Part shown: positions 43,834-46,326 of the stretch, in pieces
Position numbering within the stretch: position 1 is the first letter of the stretch
Layout of the letters: each line of letters starts with the position of its first letter
Source of the DNA: Acutalibacteraceae bacterium
GTDB taxonomy: Bacteria; Bacillota; Clostridia; Oscillospirales; Acutalibacteraceae
Assembly (NCBI GenBank): GCA_045533175.1
Contig: JAZSHJ010000055.1
Location: 1 to 46,326 of the forward strand
Direction of reading: 5' to 3'
Length of the DNA stretch: 46,326 nt
Translations under genes and position numbers: made by a program
Notes under the pieces: generated by a model
Told to the model about the DNA's origin: nothing
Seen by the model: only the letters and a program-made list of their open reading frames with translations
Databases searched by the model: none

Positions 43834-45208
43834 ACGTTTTACCCTCCTCGGTTACGTAAAAAACCAAAATATGTTGTGTGGTATCGTCAATGGCGGTGCG
43901 TTTGTCGCAACCCAGTCCAACCACCAAAGCAATGCCTTCTTCGTCCACTACAACAGGGATAGCGTTTCGACGGGCGGCGGGAATTTTTTCGGCATTAAAC
44001 CACTTTTTTAACGTGCGTTCACCACCTCGAAGGTACGGTGAACAGCGGTCACCTTCCCTTCGTGTACGCACAAACGCTGTGCCTTTTATCTTATCATAGT
44101 CACAGGTGAATTGTAATAAGATTTTGTAAATTTTCCGATTTTTTTCAAAGGTGTTCCGATCCCACACTTCGGCGCGATACGTTGTGTGACCAAAACGGTA
44201 GGTTTCCCCCGCTTTGAGCAATTGTTCTTCATGAAAGACGGTTGCGGTATTGTGCAAAGTGAGATAGCCTTGTTTTACCGTGACCGTAATATGGTTTCCG
44301 AGAGTTACGGAACCATCCGACGGGATATGATGCATTACCTCACGCACATGCCATTCCTCACACACGCCGTTGCAAGAGAGAAGCAGAGAGCGAATGACGC
44401 GCCGTTGCAATGCATTCGGCATTTGTGCGATGGCCGATGCCGAGTATACCCGATCATCCAGTTTTACACGGTTGACTGCATCGGCAACCGCCTTTTCCCA
44501 ATACTCCTCGTCTTCCCGCGCCATGGCAGACAAGCGCATGACCGCTTCATTTACACGGGGGTTTATGGTGTAAAGTTCGGGAACTATACAGTTTCGCACG
44601 CGGTTTCGCGCGTATGAAATATCGCTGTTACTGGAATCGGTCACATACGGAAGGTTGTTCTCGCGACAATACGATTCAATGTCTTGGCGGGTGCAGGTTA
44701 AAAGCGGGCGAACAACGTTTTGGCGCACAGGCGGGATGCCCGCAAGGCCGCCGATACCGGTACCGCGTGTCACATGGAGCAGTACGGTTTCGGTGTTGTC
44801 GCTTGCTGTATGGGCGGTGGCTACGTGTGTGAACCCTTCTGATGTACACAACTCTCGAAACACGGCATAGCGCACCTTGCGGCCCGCTTCTTCCAAACCG
44901 ATTTTTTCGGTTTTGGCCACGTCGGCCACGCAAATGCGGCGGAGAAACAACGGGACCTCCCATTGTTTGCAGAGTGTTTCAACAAACAACGCGTCACGGT
45001 CGGCCTCCTCGCCGCGTAATTGATGGTGAATATGTACCGCGGCAAGACGGGCGATTTGTCGTTCTTCTTTCAAACGGAGAAGAATGTGCAACAACGTAAC
45101 CGAGTCTGCCCCGCCCGATAAAGCCACCAACACATGGCTGTCCGAGGGGAATAAGGTATGCTTTTCAATTAAAGCACGCGCTTTGTTCAGTACAATGTCA
45201 TTCGTCAT
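43826..45208 (-). CDS. tilS: tRNA(Ile)-lysidine synthetase TilS
   Basis: PP-loop LSGGADS plus a C-terminal TilS substrate-binding domain. The ATG at 45208 was chosen. The open frame reaches 45229 inside dnaB. Confidence 0.88.
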   Translation of the reverse strand: MTNDIVLNKARALIEKHTLFPSDSHVLVALSGGADSVTLLHILLRLKEERQIARLAAVHIHHQLRGEEADRDALFVETLCKQWEVPLFLRRICVADVAKTEKIGLEEAGRKVRYAVFRELCTSEGFTHVATAHTASDNTETVLLHVTRGTGIGGLAGIPPVRQNVVRPLLTCTRQDIESYCRENNLPYVTDSSNSDISYARNRVRNCIVPELYTINPRVNEAVMRLSAMAREDEEYWEKAVADAVNRVKLDDRVYSASAIAQMPNALQRRVIRSLLLSCNGVCEEWHVREVMHHIPSDGSVTLGNHITVTVKQGYLTLHNTATVFHEEQLLKAGETYRFGHTTYRAEVWDRNTFEKNRKIYKILLQFTCDYDKIKGTAFVRTRREGDRCSPYLRGGERTLKKWFNAEKIPAARRNAIPVVVDEEGIALVVGLGCDKRTAIDDTTQHILVFYVTEEGKTYA

Positions 45209-46326
45209 GATGCAGATCCAACGCGGCAAACTGCGTAAACTCGCCCTGAAAGGCCAACTTTACCGTGCCGAGTTCGCCGTGACGGTTTTTGGCCACGATC
45301 ACTTCTGACGTTCCCACTTCGGCCGAGGCGGGATCGTCCTTTTCGTTGATGTAATATTCGTCGCGGTATAAGAACAGGACCTGGTCGGCGTCCTGCTCGA
45401 TCGAACCCGATTCGCGGAGGTCTGCCAATGCAGGACGGTGGTTGGCTTTCATTTTTTCGGTGCTACGCGACAGCTGTGCACAGATCAGCAGCGGAACGTT
45501 CAATTCCTTCGCCATAATTTTGAGGTTACGGGTAATGGCGCTGACTTCCTGCACACGGTTATCGGTCGGTTTAGCGGATTGCATCAGCTGCAAGTAGTCC
45601 ACCACCACAAAATCCAGTTTTTCCAAACGCAACAAACGGGATTTCATCTCCTGCACGGTCAGGTTTGAGGTGTCGTCCAAATAGATCGGCAGATTATAAA
45701 GCGTAGCGGCCGCGGCACCCATGCGCGTCCATTCATCGGATGAGAGGTTGCCGGTGCGCATTTTTTTAACCGATACTCTGGCTTCGCTGGAAAGCAGACG
45801 GTTTGCCAGCTGTTCGCGGGACATTTCAAGCGAAAACACCGCTACCGTGCGGCCTTGTCCGGCTACGTTACGCGCCAGATTCAACGCAAAACTGGTTTTA
45901 CCCATACCAGGACGGGCACCCACGATGATCATATCCGAACGGTTAAGTCCCGTGGTGATGTTGTCAAGTGCGGAAATGCCGGTAGAGATACCCGCCATAT
46001 CCCCCGCTTCGCCCGAGTTTAATTTGGAAAAGGTGTCATATACGTTGACGAGAACATCTTTAATGGACACCAAACCTTTTGTGTTGCGCTCTTGGCGAAT
46101 ATCGTAGATCTTCTGTTCTGCGTTGTCAAACAACTGCTGAACATCGGCGCCCGCTTCCATGGAATCGTCCAGAATCTCGCGGCAGGTACGGATCAGCGCG
46201 CGCACCTGCGCTTTTTCGCGAACGATGGTGGCGTAACGGGAAATGTTGGAGATGGAAGGGACCAACTGCGCCAATTTCAAAAGATAGGCTTTCCCCTCTT
46301 CCCCTTCAAAAAAGCCCTCGGTTTTG
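45198..46326 (-). CDS. dnaB: Replicative DNA helicase DnaB, 5'-truncated by the window edge
   Basis: Walker A GARPGMGKTSFAL, a RecA-like C-terminal domain, and the ending QFAALDLHHDE. The frame stays open to position 46326 (KTEGFFEGEEGKAYLLKLAQ). Confidence 0.92.
   Translation of the reverse strand, partial: KTEGFFEGEEGKAYLLKLAQLVPSISNISRYATIVREKAQVRALIRTCREILDDSMEAGADVQQLFDNAEQKIYDIRQERNTKGLVSIKDVLVNVYDTFSKLNSGEAGDMAGISTGISALDNITTGLNRSDMIIVGARPGMGKTSFALNLARNVAGQGRTVAVFSLEMSREQLANRLLSSEARVSVKKMRTGNLSSDEWTRMGAAAATLYNLPIYLDDTSNLTVQEMKSRLLRLEKLDFVVVDYLQLMQSAKPTDNRVQEVSAITRNLKIMAKELNVPLLICAQLSRSTEKMKANHRPALADLRESGSIEQDADQVLFLYRDEYYINEKDDPASAEVGTSEVIVAKNRHGELGTVKLAFQGEFTQFAALDLHHDE

Noticed and set aside
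1-46326. A window-wide search for CRISPR arrays, tRNA or rRNA genes, reverse transcriptases, restriction-modification or other defence genes, and toxin-antitoxin pairs
   Set aside because: Nothing was found by eye. The only tandem repeats are the coding ones: the His cassette, the NNQ codon repeat, the Cys7 microsatellite and the dockerin duplication. All other hairpins behave as ordinary terminators.

Overview
The window is a chromosomal segment from a moderate-GC, spore-forming Firmicute of the class Clostridia. The dockerin module and the sporulation and germination genes suggest an Oscillospiraceae or Ruminococcaceae-like organism, which is an inference. About 40 protein genes are supported. 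I saw no rRNA, tRNA or CRISPR array, no transposase, and no recognisable defence or toxin-antitoxin genes.

Gene layout:
- 0.2-23.1 kb is one co-directional plus-strand array. It starts with a 1428-aa secreted double beta-helix (GH55-like) protein that ends in a dockerin.
- Next come thyX, tmk, a DUF2156 gene, a GNAT gene, a DJ-1 gene and a 5-formyl-THF cyclo-ligase gene.
- These are followed by two tandem mltG paralogs, a U32 peptidase, a class B PBP, and a COG0523 metallochaperone pair.
- The array ends with an orphan GerA-family gene, potABCD and an esterase.
- 23-34.8 kb holds a cytoplasmic paralog of the beta-helix protein, apt, a HAD-IIA phosphatase, an ABC exporter, apgM, an orphan oadG/oadB-like Na+ pump pair and pcrA.
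- 39.9-46.3 kb holds mgtE, then ftsH, hpt, tilS and a partial dnaB on the minus strand. This is a typical origin-proximal Firmicute set.

Most unusual region (34.9-39.9 kb):
- a 266-aa cysteine-rich protein with an uninterrupted Cys7 run
- a convergent double-DUF1540 protein
- a 620-bp AT-rich stretch with no ORF, which carries a near-consensus promoter and perfect palindromes
- a XerC/D-family tyrosine recombinase
- an amidase with an SH3 domain
- a 70-aa protein that is mostly Asn and Gln
- an unassignable four-helix membrane protein

I cannot name a known system for this cluster. A spore-surface or late mother-cell role, or a recombinase-controlled locus, are hypotheses only.

Other points worth follow-up:
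- four near-identical 42-bp repeats in the COG0523 gene that encode a His/Asp/Cys cassette, plus its unusual partner gene
- long structured leaders upstream of potA and mgtE that do not match riboswitches I know, the mgtE one containing a 27-codon uORF
- an internal relic of a GH29 fucosidase

All family assignments come from motif recognition by eye. No database search was run.
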